IMG/VR virus record: IMGVR_UViG_3300049988_000245
Location: 201,896 to 265,895 of that record
Source of the DNA: a virus
Taxonomy: Duplodnaviria; Caudoviricetes
DNA length: 64,000 nucleotides
Direction: 5' to 3' (one strand)
Part shown: piece by piece, positions 18,920 to 27,417 of the stretch
Layout: the number at the start of each line of letters is the position of its first letter
Numbering within the stretch: position 1 is the first letter of the stretch
Translations under genes and position numbers: made by a program
The notes under the pieces: model-generated
Seen by the model: only the letters and a program-made list of their open reading frames with translations
The model's database searches: none
What the model was told of the DNA's origin: nothing

Positions 18920-19352
18920 GAGCTTATTTAGGAAAAAGGGCAAGACGATTCCCGGATTGTTCAACCGGTATCGCCGCAAGCAAGGAAAAGGCACGCCGCT
19001 GTTCTGGACCTGCGATAAGAAACTGTTCCACTACAGTGGAATCGACCAGTTCGATCATCACCTGTTCGACGCCTTTATCACGTATAAAGCGCCTCATTGC
19101 TTCGAGTGGGGAGCAGATTCTCCGAGCACCCTTTACATGCCGGTTCTCGATTGGATTCGAGAACACATGCAAGGCCGGGCGCTGTTCTCGTACGATCCAA
19201 TGATCCTCAGCGGGTACATCCTGCTGGAACATCCCGACGACGCGTTTGACTTCCGGATGCGATTCTCTGAACCTCAAAGGGTCCTGCCGGACAAGAACGT
19301 GCAGGTGGAGGCGAAGCGGATCGTTGAGAAGTACGGGCTTGACGTACTATAG
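18918..19352 (+). CDS. FKLRW-motif family protein
   Basis: VLDWIREHM...ILLEHPDDAFDFRMRF. Confidence 0.75.
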   Translation: MSLFRKKGKTIPGLFNRYRRKQGKGTPLFWTCDKKLFHYSGIDQFDHHLFDAFITYKAPHCFEWGADSPSTLYMPVLDWIREHMQGRALFSYDPMILSGYILLEHPDDAFDFRMRFSEPQRVLPDKNVQVEAKRIVEKYGLDVL

Positions 19353-19366
19353 ATTTGGTGTACATT
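19339..19366 (+). promoter_or_regulatory. Early promoter, TTGACN-16-TAYATT class
   Basis: TTGACG-16-TACATT with GGTG just before the -10; SD GAGGAG then ATG 19395. Confidence 0.75.
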
Positions 19367-19394
19367 GAGGAAATCAGCGACGAGGAGATACGAG

Positions 19395-20618
19395 ATGCAC
19401 GAGTTCCGCACCCTCTTCCAGATTCCCGCCGATAACCTCGCCGTTTTCGAGGACAAGCTGGCCAAGCTGTCCAAACGTTCGGTCAAGATGGGCTGCGGCG
19501 AAATCCTCCCCTTCATCGCCTCGAACGAACTCAAGGATTTCGGCGACCACGGTAAGGTCCGGGTGTACAACGTCCACCTGCTCTGCGATCAGCCGAAGCT
19601 CGACGGCTGGGTGTTTGCCGCCCGCCTCGACCACTCCCAGGAGACCGGCACGATCGTTCGCTCGGTCCCGAACTTCGACCGTGAGATTCCGGCGAAGTAC
19701 CGTGATGCCGCTCCGCACTGCGATCACTGCAAGGTCCGTCGTTACCGCCGCGACAGCTACATCGTCTGCAACGAGGTGACCGGCGATTTCGCTCAGGTCG
19801 GCTCCACCTGCCTCGCCGATTTCATGGGCCACGATGCGTACAAGGTCGCTCGGCTGGCCGAGTACCTGACCTGCGCTGGCGAGTATGCCCGCCTGGGTGA
19901 GCAGTTCATCGGTGGCGACCGCCGCTTCATCGACATGGAGGATTTCCTCAACAGCGCGGCCGGTGCCGTGCGGATGTACGGCTGGGTTTCGACCAAGTTC
20001 GCCCGCGAGTATGGGAATGTTGCTACACGTGACCACGCCGAGGGCAACACCTTCCGGGTTCCGGGCAAGGGTGGCTACTTCACCTGCAACGGTCAGTACG
20101 CGTTCTACGAGCCCACAGACGAGGACAAGGCGTTCGCCGCCGCTGCCGTGGCCTACGTGATGGCGTTCAACGAGAAGACCACCCTGAGCGAGTACGAGAG
20201 CAACGTGCTGGTTCTCGCCCGGTCGGTCTCGATCGAGTACCGCCACGCCGGTTTGGCCGCCTCGATCGTCGGCATCTACTGGCTCCACCTCAACCGCGAG
20301 GCCCTTCGCAAGGCCAAGCAGGGCAAGGGCGAGAGCGCCCATGTGGGTCAGCCGGGCGACAAGGTCGATTTCGGGGCCGCCCGCGTGACCTCGGCCCGCC
20401 CGACCGAGACCGACTTTGGCATGACCTACATCTACCGGTTCGTTACCGAGGAGGGCAACATCGTGGTGTGGTTCGCCTCGAAGAGCCAGCAGATGGCTCA
20501 GGGTGACACTGTGATGCTCACCGCGAAGGTGAAGAAGCACGACGCCTACAACGGCACAAAGCAGACCGTGGTCACCCACGCGAAGTTCACCCTGGTCGCG
20601 CAGCAGCAGGCTGCGTGA
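19395..20618 (+). CDS. Conserved phage protein with Zn-binding CxxC motifs and C-terminal OB-fold-like domain
   Basis: CDHCKVRRYR...QVGSTCLADF; C-terminal GDTVMLTAKVKKHDAYNGTKQTVV. Confidence 0.85.
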   Translation: MHEFRTLFQIPADNLAVFEDKLAKLSKRSVKMGCGEILPFIASNELKDFGDHGKVRVYNVHLLCDQPKLDGWVFAARLDHSQETGTIVRSVPNFDREIPAKYRDAAPHCDHCKVRRYRRDSYIVCNEVTGDFAQVGSTCLADFMGHDAYKVARLAEYLTCAGEYARLGEQFIGGDRRFIDMEDFLNSAAGAVRMYGWVSTKFAREYGNVATRDHAEGNTFRVPGKGGYFTCNGQYAFYEPTDEDKAFAAAAVAYVMAFNEKTTLSEYESNVLVLARSVSIEYRHAGLAASIVGIYWLHLNREALRKAKQGKGESAHVGQPGDKVDFGAARVTSARPTETDFGMTYIYRFVTEEGNIVVWFASKSQQMAQGDTVMLTAKVKKHDAYNGTKQTVVTHAKFTLVAQQQAA

Positions 20619-20649
20619 CCCCAATCCACCTAAGCGTGCGGAGAGACCC

Positions 20650-20817
20650 ATGGCAGTGACCCAGCGTGACAAAGACGATTTCGCCGGATATCTCCGGAAC
20701 TGCACGGACCGTCAGGTTCAGGGCGTGTACGATAAGGAACGGGCCGCAAACCGCCGCGCCTACGCGAACCTTGCGGTCGCCGAAGCGAGCCGTCGCGGCA
20801 TTCAGTTGGACCGCTGA
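20650..20817 (+). CDS. Small hypothetical protein (55 aa, below ORF-track cutoff)
   Basis: GGAGAG SD; MAVTQRDKDDFAGYLRNCTDRQVQGVYDKE...; TGATG-coupled to the next gene. Confidence 0.7.
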   Translation: MAVTQRDKDDFAGYLRNCTDRQVQGVYDKERAANRRAYANLAVAEASRRGIQLDR

Positions 20818-21221
20818 TGCGCATCGACTTCAGCGATCTCGGCAACATCTGCACGCATATCTGCCAGAAAGCGAACTACCAGACGATCGGGGGCACACAG
20901 CAATGGGTCTCTTCGATCGAGGGTTTCGCCGTCCGTATCTCGTTCGGTAACCGTCAGGATCGGTGGATGCTGGCACTGGACGATGTCGCGATTGCGTTCA
21001 CGCTCGATGTGGTCGTAACCCCCGAGGGCAACCCAGCCGAACGTGGTCTCGTGCGGTTCGGGGTGACATGGGGTGAGGCACGCGATTGCGTTTATTGGGG
21101 TGATCCGACTAAGGTTCAGGCGACCTTAGTTATGATGAAGATGCTCACCCCGAACGCGAGCGCGAATGAACACACCTACGCAGACTTCGCCGAAGCACGT
21201 GATCACCCCAACGTTGAATGA
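20817..21221 (+). CDS. Hypothetical protein, divergent FKLRW-like (GD..LVMMKM subtype)
   Basis: YWGDPTKVQATLVMMKML. Confidence 0.7.
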   Translation: MRIDFSDLGNICTHICQKANYQTIGGTQQWVSSIEGFAVRISFGNRQDRWMLALDDVAIAFTLDVVVTPEGNPAERGLVRFGVTWGEARDCVYWGDPTKVQATLVMMKMLTPNASANEHTYADFAEARDHPNVE

Positions 21222-21567
21222 GATCAGGGAACTGACGCGCGAGCACTTCGACTACCGAATCAACCTGCATCGAGAGATGAATGTGGATTACCACTCCCAG
21301 AAACAACTCTGGGCCGAACTACGCAGCGAAATTCTACGCTGGTGTCGAGACAGATTCGGACCCGGTGCGCTCGGAATTGCGGTGAATCGTGATGAACCGG
21401 GCTTCCTGAAGTATCAGACGCAGTTCGTGAATCCGGAGATTGCCCGGTTCGAGTACGACATGGATGCGGGCTGGATATCGCGCGGATGGATGTTTTGGTT
21501 CAAGGACGAAAACGCCGCGTTCGAGTTCAAGATGCGCTGGAAAGGCATGCGGGTCCTACCGGGGTAG
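21166..21567 (+). CDS. FKLRW-motif family protein
   Basis: EILRWCRDRFGPG...WMFWFKDENAAFEFKMRW. Confidence 0.85.
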   Translation: MNTPTQTSPKHVITPTLNEIRELTREHFDYRINLHREMNVDYHSQKQLWAELRSEILRWCRDRFGPGALGIAVNRDEPGFLKYQTQFVNPEIARFEYDMDAGWISRGWMFWFKDENAAFEFKMRWKGMRVLPG

Positions 21568-21876
21568 CCGCATCATTCGACTGCGCAGGTAGCGGTCCCG
21601 CTCCGGGCCGGTGTTGCGGACGAATCCGTGGCGCTCATAGAACACGCTCAGGCGCTCCGTGGGCGGCGTCAGCACGATCCGGTATCCGAACTCGTCCGCG
21701 AGCCCACACAGGGCTCTCAGGGCCTCTGAGCCGCGTCCCTGACCCTCCTGGCCCCGATAGACCGACATCATTTGGAGGTGGAGGTCGCCGTCTACGAGCG
21801 CGAGGGTGAGCACGAACAGCCCCAGGCGCTCGCATGTCTCGTCGCACCATTCGTCGATCCGCAGTGGGGTTAGCAT
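21556..21876 (-). CDS. GNAT-family acetyltransferase
   Basis: SVYRGQEGQGRGSEALRAL (acetyl-CoA motif A) and LSVFYERHGF (motif B); ATG 21876 overlaps the upstream stop. Confidence 0.85.
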   Translation of the reverse strand: MLTPLRIDEWCDETCERLGLFVLTLALVDGDLHLQMMSVYRGQEGQGRGSEALRALCGLADEFGYRIVLTPPTERLSVFYERHGFVRNTGPERDRYLRSRMMRLPR

Positions 21877-22559
21877 GCGTCGTAAAGGGTCCAGAACTTC
21901 AGTGGGGATACGCCGTGCTTCTTGCTCACGTAAGCAAATACGGGCGCAAGCTCTTTTTTCGTCATCAGATGAATTCTCTGGGGGCATGCTGCGATTTTAC
22001 GATGGTCGTTATCGGTCAGAAATCCTTTGATTTCAACGATTCCGAATTCGGTTTGAAAATCTGGGTAGTAACGCCTCAATTTTCCTGAAGAATCGTGATA
22101 CTCAAACCATCCGTCGTAGCGAGATACTTGGATGCCATGGTCAAAGCAATAGATTAGATACGCAAGCTCATACGTGCTATCACACCATATTCCGCGATAT
22201 CGACCTTTCTTTCCTCGGCCCGACCCATGTCTCTTCCCTCCCAGGCCCTTACAGGTTCGAAGTGAATTCTTGACTCGAAGTTGGTGCAGACAATCCACTG
22301 AACATGTTTTCACACGGTTATGACCAACACCTCTATATCTGGGTACCGGAGTATCGCATATAACGCATCGGCGCGGATTCGCGTCATATTCTTCCTGAGT
22401 CTTCGTACCTGCGATGGCACCCTTACGGTGTTTTAGTTGCCATTCCCGAGCTTTAGATTTAAAAGATTCGTCACGAGGGCCACGTGAATTTGCACAAACT
22501 CTTGAGCAAAACGTTCCAGGCTTCTTATGTGATGATGAACACTTAGGGCAATACTTCAT
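21870..22559 (-). mobile_element. Free-standing PD-(D/E)xK (TnsA-like) homing endonuclease with Zn-finger N-terminus
   Basis: CPKC..FCSRVCAN, CVIC..TCSVDC; DSTYELAY...YYPDF...IVEIKG; AT-rich insert beside the tRNA. Confidence 0.8.
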
Positions 22560-22643
22560 TACCCTATTTATGAATCAACCCGTAAACCTGGGTTCGATTT
22601 TATCTTGCGTCTTCTCTGTAAAATTGGTAGACCATTTTTTAAC

Positions 22644-22719
22644 GCTCCCTTCGTCTAGCGGTTAGGACATTCCCCTTTCACGGGAAAGATCAGGGGTTCG
22701 AATCCCCTAGGGAGCGCCA
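22644..22719 (+). tRNA. trnE: tRNA-Glu (anticodon TTC)
   Basis: GCTCCCT/AGGGAGC acceptor stem, GTC/GAC D-stem, TTCCC-CTTTCAC-GGGAA anticodon arm, GGTTCGAATCC T-loop, encoded CCA; 76 nt. Confidence 0.97.
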
Positions 22720-22722
22720 ATT

Positions 22723-23013
22723 ATGACTAGAGTTCCCGGCGGTGCTTTTCTGATGTTCCCCTACCAGTCATCGGTCGTGCACTCAGTAGTGGGGGCGGAG
22801 ACCCGTAGGGAAATCAAGCTCCATCTTCCCCACACCGTGAACAGCATGGCCGAGTACCGCTACGCTTCCGCTTGGTGCGTAGAACACCTGGGTCCGGGCG
22901 TCCTTTACGGCGATCAACCCTACGATTACACCCGCCGTTGGGCCAGGGTGGGGACGACCATGCATTTCCGCTGCCCCGATGATGCGTTCGCGTATAAGAT
23001 GCGCTGGGGTTGA
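22723..23013 (+). CDS. FKLRW-motif family protein
   Basis: ASAWCVEHLGPG...MHFRCPDDAFAYKMRWG; start may be 22753. Confidence 0.85.
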   Translation: MTRVPGGAFLMFPYQSSVVHSVVGAETRREIKLHLPHTVNSMAEYRYASAWCVEHLGPGVLYGDQPYDYTRRWARVGTTMHFRCPDDAFAYKMRWG

Positions 23014-23023
23014 GGGAACGGAC

Positions 23024-23536
23024 ATGTACGGATTGACGCCAGGGGTGTTCCGCTTTCGCGACGACACGCTGGACGCGTTCGAGGTCTACGAGACCATCGA
23101 AGGGGCGTGGCTGGCAGCGTTCTACGAGTACCACGCGGAGCGGGTGGACCGCGACGGCATCATTCTCGATGTGACCAAAGGCGGGTTGTCCACAGGTCAT
23201 TTGTTCATGTCGGAGAGCATGGCCGATCGAAGAGATCGGTACAGGCGCTGGGACGAAAGCTCGCTCTTCGACAAAGCCGCGCTCGACCTCTGCCGGACGA
23301 TTGACGCGGAAATTCTGCGCGATCTTGTCAATCACGTCCTGCAAGAGAGACGGTCGAACGCAGGTGATCCGGCTCACAACAAGATCATCGAGACCACCGC
23401 GATCCCCATGGGGATGCTCTCCAGTTTCGACAGGACGACCCCTGACGGGCTTCTCGCACATGAGCAGATGCTGCGCACGTTCAACGCCCCAGGGCCTCAG
23501 GCGGCCCGCTTGCGCGGCCTTGGGCTGATCCTGTGA
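23024..23536 (+). CDS. Hypothetical protein
   Basis: GAGGGA SD before ATG 23024. Confidence 0.75.
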   Translation: MYGLTPGVFRFRDDTLDAFEVYETIEGAWLAAFYEYHAERVDRDGIILDVTKGGLSTGHLFMSESMADRRDRYRRWDESSLFDKAALDLCRTIDAEILRDLVNHVLQERRSNAGDPAHNKIIETTAIPMGMLSSFDRTTPDGLLAHEQMLRTFNAPGPQAARLRGLGLIL

Positions 23537-23772
23537 GGACGCACTTCCATAGCGACGCCGTGGTCCTCGACGGCGATTGGGAAGGTCAATCTTTCCCGCA
23601 CCGCTTCATCATGCTTGGACTTGCTCAGCGTCGTGGATGGTCGAAGGGCGTAGAGGCGTGGCTTTCCGAGCATGTCGGCGCGCACGAGGATCAATGGGTC
23701 ACCAACAGCATGGGTGACGTGTTTATCAAGGACGATGCGGCGGCCTTCGCCTTCAAAATGCGGTGGTGCTGA
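23533..23772 (+). CDS. FKLRW-motif family protein
   Basis: VEAWLSEHVG...VFIKDDAAAFAFKMRWC. Confidence 0.85.
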   Translation: MRTHFHSDAVVLDGDWEGQSFPHRFIMLGLAQRRGWSKGVEAWLSEHVGAHEDQWVTNSMGDVFIKDDAAAFAFKMRWC

Positions 23773-23773
23773 A

Positions 23774-24004
23774 ATGCGCCGGGCTTACGCTCATGCGCCC
23801 AGCTTAAGCAAACCGGGCGAAATTCTATTCCTCTACGTCGCCGCCGATACGTCGAGGCTCGAAATTGAGGCACGGATTTGGTGCGCCGAGAACATCGGTG
23901 AGAACGGCGTGAAGTGGACGTTCAACGACCTCGGCGACATCATCATCTACATGGAGGACGGCTTCAGCGATGCCGCCTTCGCGTTCAAGCTCCGCTGGTG
24001 CTGA
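23774..24004 (+). CDS. FKLRW-motif family protein
   Basis: ARIWCAENIG...DGFSDAAFAFKLRWC. Confidence 0.85.
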   Translation: MRRAYAHAPSLSKPGEILFLYVAADTSRLEIEARIWCAENIGENGVKWTFNDLGDIIIYMEDGFSDAAFAFKLRWC

Positions 24005-24107
24005 GACGGATTTTCAAAGCGAGCGCCCTTGACAGACCTGTTGTTAACCACTCTTTTAGAGTGAACCCGATAAGCGGCAGAGACCGTAGGGAAACAGGAG
24101 AAGTCAG

Positions 24108-25061
24108 ATGCAAACCAATACCGCTCAAACCGGAACGCTCCCGCTGGTTTCGCCCGCCAGCGAGCCGATGGTTCGTCAGCGCAATCGCCCGACCACGATG
24201 GACCTGAGCCCGGCCGCGAGCTTGCGGAAGATCGAAGCCTCGATCGCGACCCCGCCCTCCACATCGATCGTCTTCACGATCCATCCGGAGAATGCGAAGC
24301 ATATCTTGGAGACCTACAACAAGGGCAATCGCTCCAAGAAGCCGGTCAAGATCAAGCAGTACGCCCAGGCGCTGATCAATGGGGAATGGGAACTGACCGG
24401 CGAGACGATCAAGTTCTCCGATCTCGGTCGTCTCCTCGACGGCCAGAACCGTTTGTTCGCATGTGTCGAGGCGAACGTGCCGTTCACCACCCATGTGGTC
24501 TTCGGCGTGGCCGACCGGGCGTTCTCAAAGATGGATCAGGGCCGTATCCGCTCAGGCGGCGACGTGCTACAGATCGCCGGTTACAACGACACGAACAACC
24601 TCTCGGCGGCCTGTCGGTGGCTCTACCTGATCGACACCGGCCGTCCGAAGTCGCGTGAGAGCCTGGAGCCCACCCAGGTTCTGAAGCTACTCGACACCAA
24701 GTACGGAGACCTGCCGGAATTCCTGAAGGTCGCCGGGCGCATCTATGCGACCCATCGCCAGCCCAAGGGTCTGATGGCCGCCCTGTTCTATCTGTTCGAC
24801 AAGGCCAACCCGACGAAGGCCGCCGAATGGGCCATGCTGTGGGAGAACGGTACGGTGAACGCGAAGTCCCGTTCGATCACGGCGGTGAACAAGCGGCTCG
24901 CCGACATCAAGTCGTACTCATCCGGTCGGGTCCACGACACCGCACGGGCGGCCATGTTGGTGATTGCCTGGAACGCCTTCGTGACCAAGAAGGGCGCGGT
25001 GACCAGAGAAGAACTGCTCTGGGATATCCAGAACGATGACTTCCCGGTGATCCAGGGTTGA
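24108..25061 (+). CDS. ParB/Srx-like N-terminal domain protein (DGQxR motif)
   Basis: YAQALINGEWELTGETIKF...LLDGQNRLFAC; SD AGGAG; TTGACA upstream. Confidence 0.8.
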   Translation: MQTNTAQTGTLPLVSPASEPMVRQRNRPTTMDLSPAASLRKIEASIATPPSTSIVFTIHPENAKHILETYNKGNRSKKPVKIKQYAQALINGEWELTGETIKFSDLGRLLDGQNRLFACVEANVPFTTHVVFGVADRAFSKMDQGRIRSGGDVLQIAGYNDTNNLSAACRWLYLIDTGRPKSRESLEPTQVLKLLDTKYGDLPEFLKVAGRIYATHRQPKGLMAALFYLFDKANPTKAAEWAMLWENGTVNAKSRSITAVNKRLADIKSYSSGRVHDTARAAMLVIAWNAFVTKKGAVTREELLWDIQNDDFPVIQG

Positions 25062-25068
25062 ACCATTC

Positions 25069-25090
25069 GAAGGGGCCGAAAGGCCCCTTC
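25069..25090. terminator. Hairpin between convergent genes (probable terminator)
   Basis: GAAGGGGCC-GAAA-GGCCCCTTC. Confidence 0.8.
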
Positions 25091-25091
25091 T

Positions 25092-25442
25092 TCACATCAT
25101 GGCGAGGCGGGCCACCAAAAGGTCATTGCGGAAATCATCCTCGCTTCCTTTGAGGAGCGCATAGATGTCGCTTCCAAAGTAAACGTCCTTGAAGAATACC
25201 GTCCATGTCGGGCCGATCATGCGCGTAGTTTTCCAGAACATCTGAATCTTGAACTGGCTGTTCAAGATGGATACTTCTATGATCTTCTGCGGTATACAAC
25301 CGGATGAATAAGATTCGCGATTATTCCATAAGAGATTGGTGACCGTCAGGAGTTCGACTCGCGACAGCGTAATGCTCTCGTACTCGCCGGATTGCTCAGC
25401 GGAATCCCAGCTTGAGCATGACGAGATCGGATCGGAAAGCAT
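25092..25442 (-). CDS. Hypothetical protein, paralog of 25396-25698 (start uncertain)
   Basis: ITLSRVELL and LKGSEDDFRNDLLVARL align with the neighbouring gene. Confidence 0.65.
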   Translation of the reverse strand: MLSDPISSCSSWDSAEQSGEYESITLSRVELLTVTNLLWNNRESYSSGCIPQKIIEVSILNSQFKIQMFWKTTRMIGPTWTVFFKDVYFGSDIYALLKGSEDDFRNDLLVARLAMM

Positions 25443-25698
25443 CTTCGTCACCCTCAAACCGCAGTTTCGCGATTCCTTCGATGATGTCCGGATAGGCCGG
25501 GTCCTCACGGAACCGCCACACGCCATCGACGCGGGTAAACGTGTATCCGACTTTGGCAACCCCTTCCACGTCGATGTCCATACCCATGACGGTCACGCGA
25601 CGCATAGCGGTTACCAGTGGTATTTCCGTCGCACAGAGCATTGTGCCGAGCGTTTTCAGTTCGTCCATAGTCAGGTCGATCAGTCGCATCAGAGCCAC
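25396..25698 (-). CDS. Hypothetical protein, divergent FKLRW-like subtype
   Basis: LRFEGDEDAFRSDLVMLKLGFR. Confidence 0.75.
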   Translation of the reverse strand: MALMRLIDLTMDELKTLGTMLCATEIPLVTAMRRVTVMGMDIDVEGVAKVGYTFTRVDGVWRFREDPAYPDIIEGIAKLRFEGDEDAFRSDLVMLKLGFR

Positions 25699-26063
25699 CT
25701 CAGTTTGAACGCCATATAGTCGGCCTCCGATCGAAACCCATAGGATACGTCGGACGGCGTCTGCGTATCATGAAGGGATTTCTCGATCCATTCGATGACC
25801 TCGGAATCAGACATCTCACCGGCCTCGAACATCTCAACAACTTTTTGGCGGAAGCTTGGGTGATCGTTGAAGAACTCGACCATCTCGAATTCGTTCAGGT
25901 TGAGCCAATCGACAAACTCAGGGCGATACGCCTTTAGGGATTGTTCCCGCAGATTCAGCGTATGGTGGACGGGAAACTCCGGGACCCCACCCGTACGAAC
26001 GCGGCGGATCGGATGGGGTTCGACCACGTCCAGCGCCATAGGATTGGCAGTGACGAAGATCAT
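25689..26063 (-). CDS. FKLRW-motif family protein
   Basis: EVIEWIEKSL...YGFRSEADYMAFKLRWL. Confidence 0.85.
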   Translation of the reverse strand: MIFVTANPMALDVVEPHPIRRVRTGGVPEFPVHHTLNLREQSLKAYRPEFVDWLNLNEFEMVEFFNDHPSFRQKVVEMFEAGEMSDSEVIEWIEKSLHDTQTPSDVSYGFRSEADYMAFKLRWL

Positions 26064-26081
26064 GGTCGGGTCCCGCGCAAG

Positions 26082-26675
26082 TTACTCGGTTTCGTCCGGG
26101 GTGTCCCTGCGGGCTTCGTTGGGGTCAGTGCCGATATACTTCTTGTAGCCGTCGATCCAGTTTTCCATGAAAATCGCCTGAGCATCGACAAGACCGACCT
26201 GATCCGCGCAGACGAGGCGCTTCATACGGACCTCCAGGCGGTCCTTATGATGAGCGTTCCACAGCCCCTGATAGGCTTGCGGAAATAGATTCTGCGGATC
26301 GTTAGCGCCCCCGAGGAGAAGCGGAACAAGATGGTCGATCTCACAGCCCTGTTCGGTGTTGCACCAGAGATCACGCTTGCTCGTCATCCCATAGAACCGG
26401 CGTACCGCTTCCTTCGTCGAATCAGGCACATTGCGGACGCGACCTGTGCGGAAATTCTTGTCGCACAGTTCAGCCTTGGTCACTCCGGGGCGCACCATTC
26501 CAGGGGTGATGGTGCGATCCGGCAGTGCGCCTGGATTGACCGTGGGTGCGGTGATTTCCTTGCTCCGGCGGTACTCATTGTTAAAATGCAACGCGAAATA
26601 TGTCCCGGCGGCGACGGCGGAACAAAATAGCAGGAGCAAAATCAGAGGGAGGTAATCGTCGATTTTACGCTTCAT
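26082..26675 (-). CDS. Membrane-anchored HNH-fold protein
   Basis: N-terminal TM helix; CEIDHLVPLLLGGANDPQNLFPQ...HHKDRLE. Confidence 0.8.
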   Translation of the reverse strand: MKRKIDDYLPLILLLLFCSAVAAGTYFALHFNNEYRRSKEITAPTVNPGALPDRTITPGMVRPGVTKAELCDKNFRTGRVRNVPDSTKEAVRRFYGMTSKRDLWCNTEQGCEIDHLVPLLLGGANDPQNLFPQAYQGLWNAHHKDRLEVRMKRLVCADQVGLVDAQAIFMENWIDGYKKYIGTDPNEARRDTPDETE

Positions 26676-26713
26676 GGGGTATGATATTCATTCAATGAGA
26701 GCTAAGCAAATTA

Positions 26714-27079
26714 CTAATTTTCTGAATCATCTGACGAGCAATCTGAATCATCGTCTAGAGCAGTGCTGACTAAGATCGTTGATGAACCCTGTTGAACCAC
26801 GTTCATATGGCGCTCATGCATCCTATGATGCTTGCAGCCGGGTGCGGTTCTCTGAATCCTACGCATGTCTTTCTTAATCATCGTGTTTCTGGCGCGACGT
26901 CGAAGGCCATCCTGATCGATGTCCTCGATCAACATGACTTGGTCAATAGAGGTCTCTATGAGACCTTCGTGGAGAAGCGCCTTCAGCGTATCCTCTGCAA
27001 TATTGCGGGGCGTCGCTGGTCCAAGATGGTCCTGAACCCAATTGATCGCTTCCCACTTCGAAGTTCCAATTTTAATCAT
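26714..27079 (-). CDS. Hypothetical protein
   Basis: ATG 5 nt downstream of TAAATA. Confidence 0.65.
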   Translation of the reverse strand: MIKIGTSKWEAINWVQDHLGPATPRNIAEDTLKALLHEGLIETSIDQVMLIEDIDQDGLRRRARNTMIKKDMRRIQRTAPGCKHHRMHERHMNVVQQGSSTILVSTALDDDSDCSSDDSEN

Positions 27080-27081
27080 GA

Positions 27082-27417
27082 ATGTATTTATTGTATAAGA
27101 AATTTGCTTACAAGTATGATCAAGATATGTTTATCAGATATCTTGTGGATCATCCCTTAGCCAGTCATGCCGTACTTGGTGGGACTTATGCGTTGGTTCT
27201 GACGCCCATCGTTGGGCCGGTCACCGCCGCGCTAATCGTCTCGGTTCTGTTTTTCGGCCGTGAGGCCGGTCAACGCGAGCACCAGTTGAAGCGTACCCTC
27301 TCGCCCATCCGGGCCTGGATCGGCGCGTCCTTCTGCGTCGGCTGGACCCGGATGAATTGGCTCGAATGGCTGACCCCGACGTTATCCGCCATCGGAATCG
27401 CCCTCCTACTCCGTTAG
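27082..27417 (+). CDS. Small multi-TM membrane protein
   Basis: Hydrophobic segments; FFGREAGQ motif. Confidence 0.7.
   Translation: MYLLYKKFAYKYDQDMFIRYLVDHPLASHAVLGGTYALVLTPIVGPVTAALIVSVLFFGREAGQREHQLKRTLSPIRAWIGASFCVGWTRMNWLEWLTPTLSAIGIALLLR

Noticed and set aside
19374-20705. 443-aa minus-strand ORF and similar long antisense ORFs (22814-23461, 28647-29498, 31455-32222, 42573-43535, 46305-47495, 47673-48560)
   Set aside because: They are antisense shadows of real high-GC3 genes: they mirror a gene with recognisable motifs on the other strand and have no motifs or SD of their own.
22572-22600. GGGTTCGATT hairpin upstream of the tRNA resembling a T-arm
   Set aside because: No acceptor stem or anticodon arm can be folded, so it is not a second tRNA.
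24044-24058. CtrA-box-like TTAA-N7-TTTA upstream of the ParB-like gene
   Set aside because: It is a single mismatched copy in an AT-rich spacer, the host is unknown and I found no second site.
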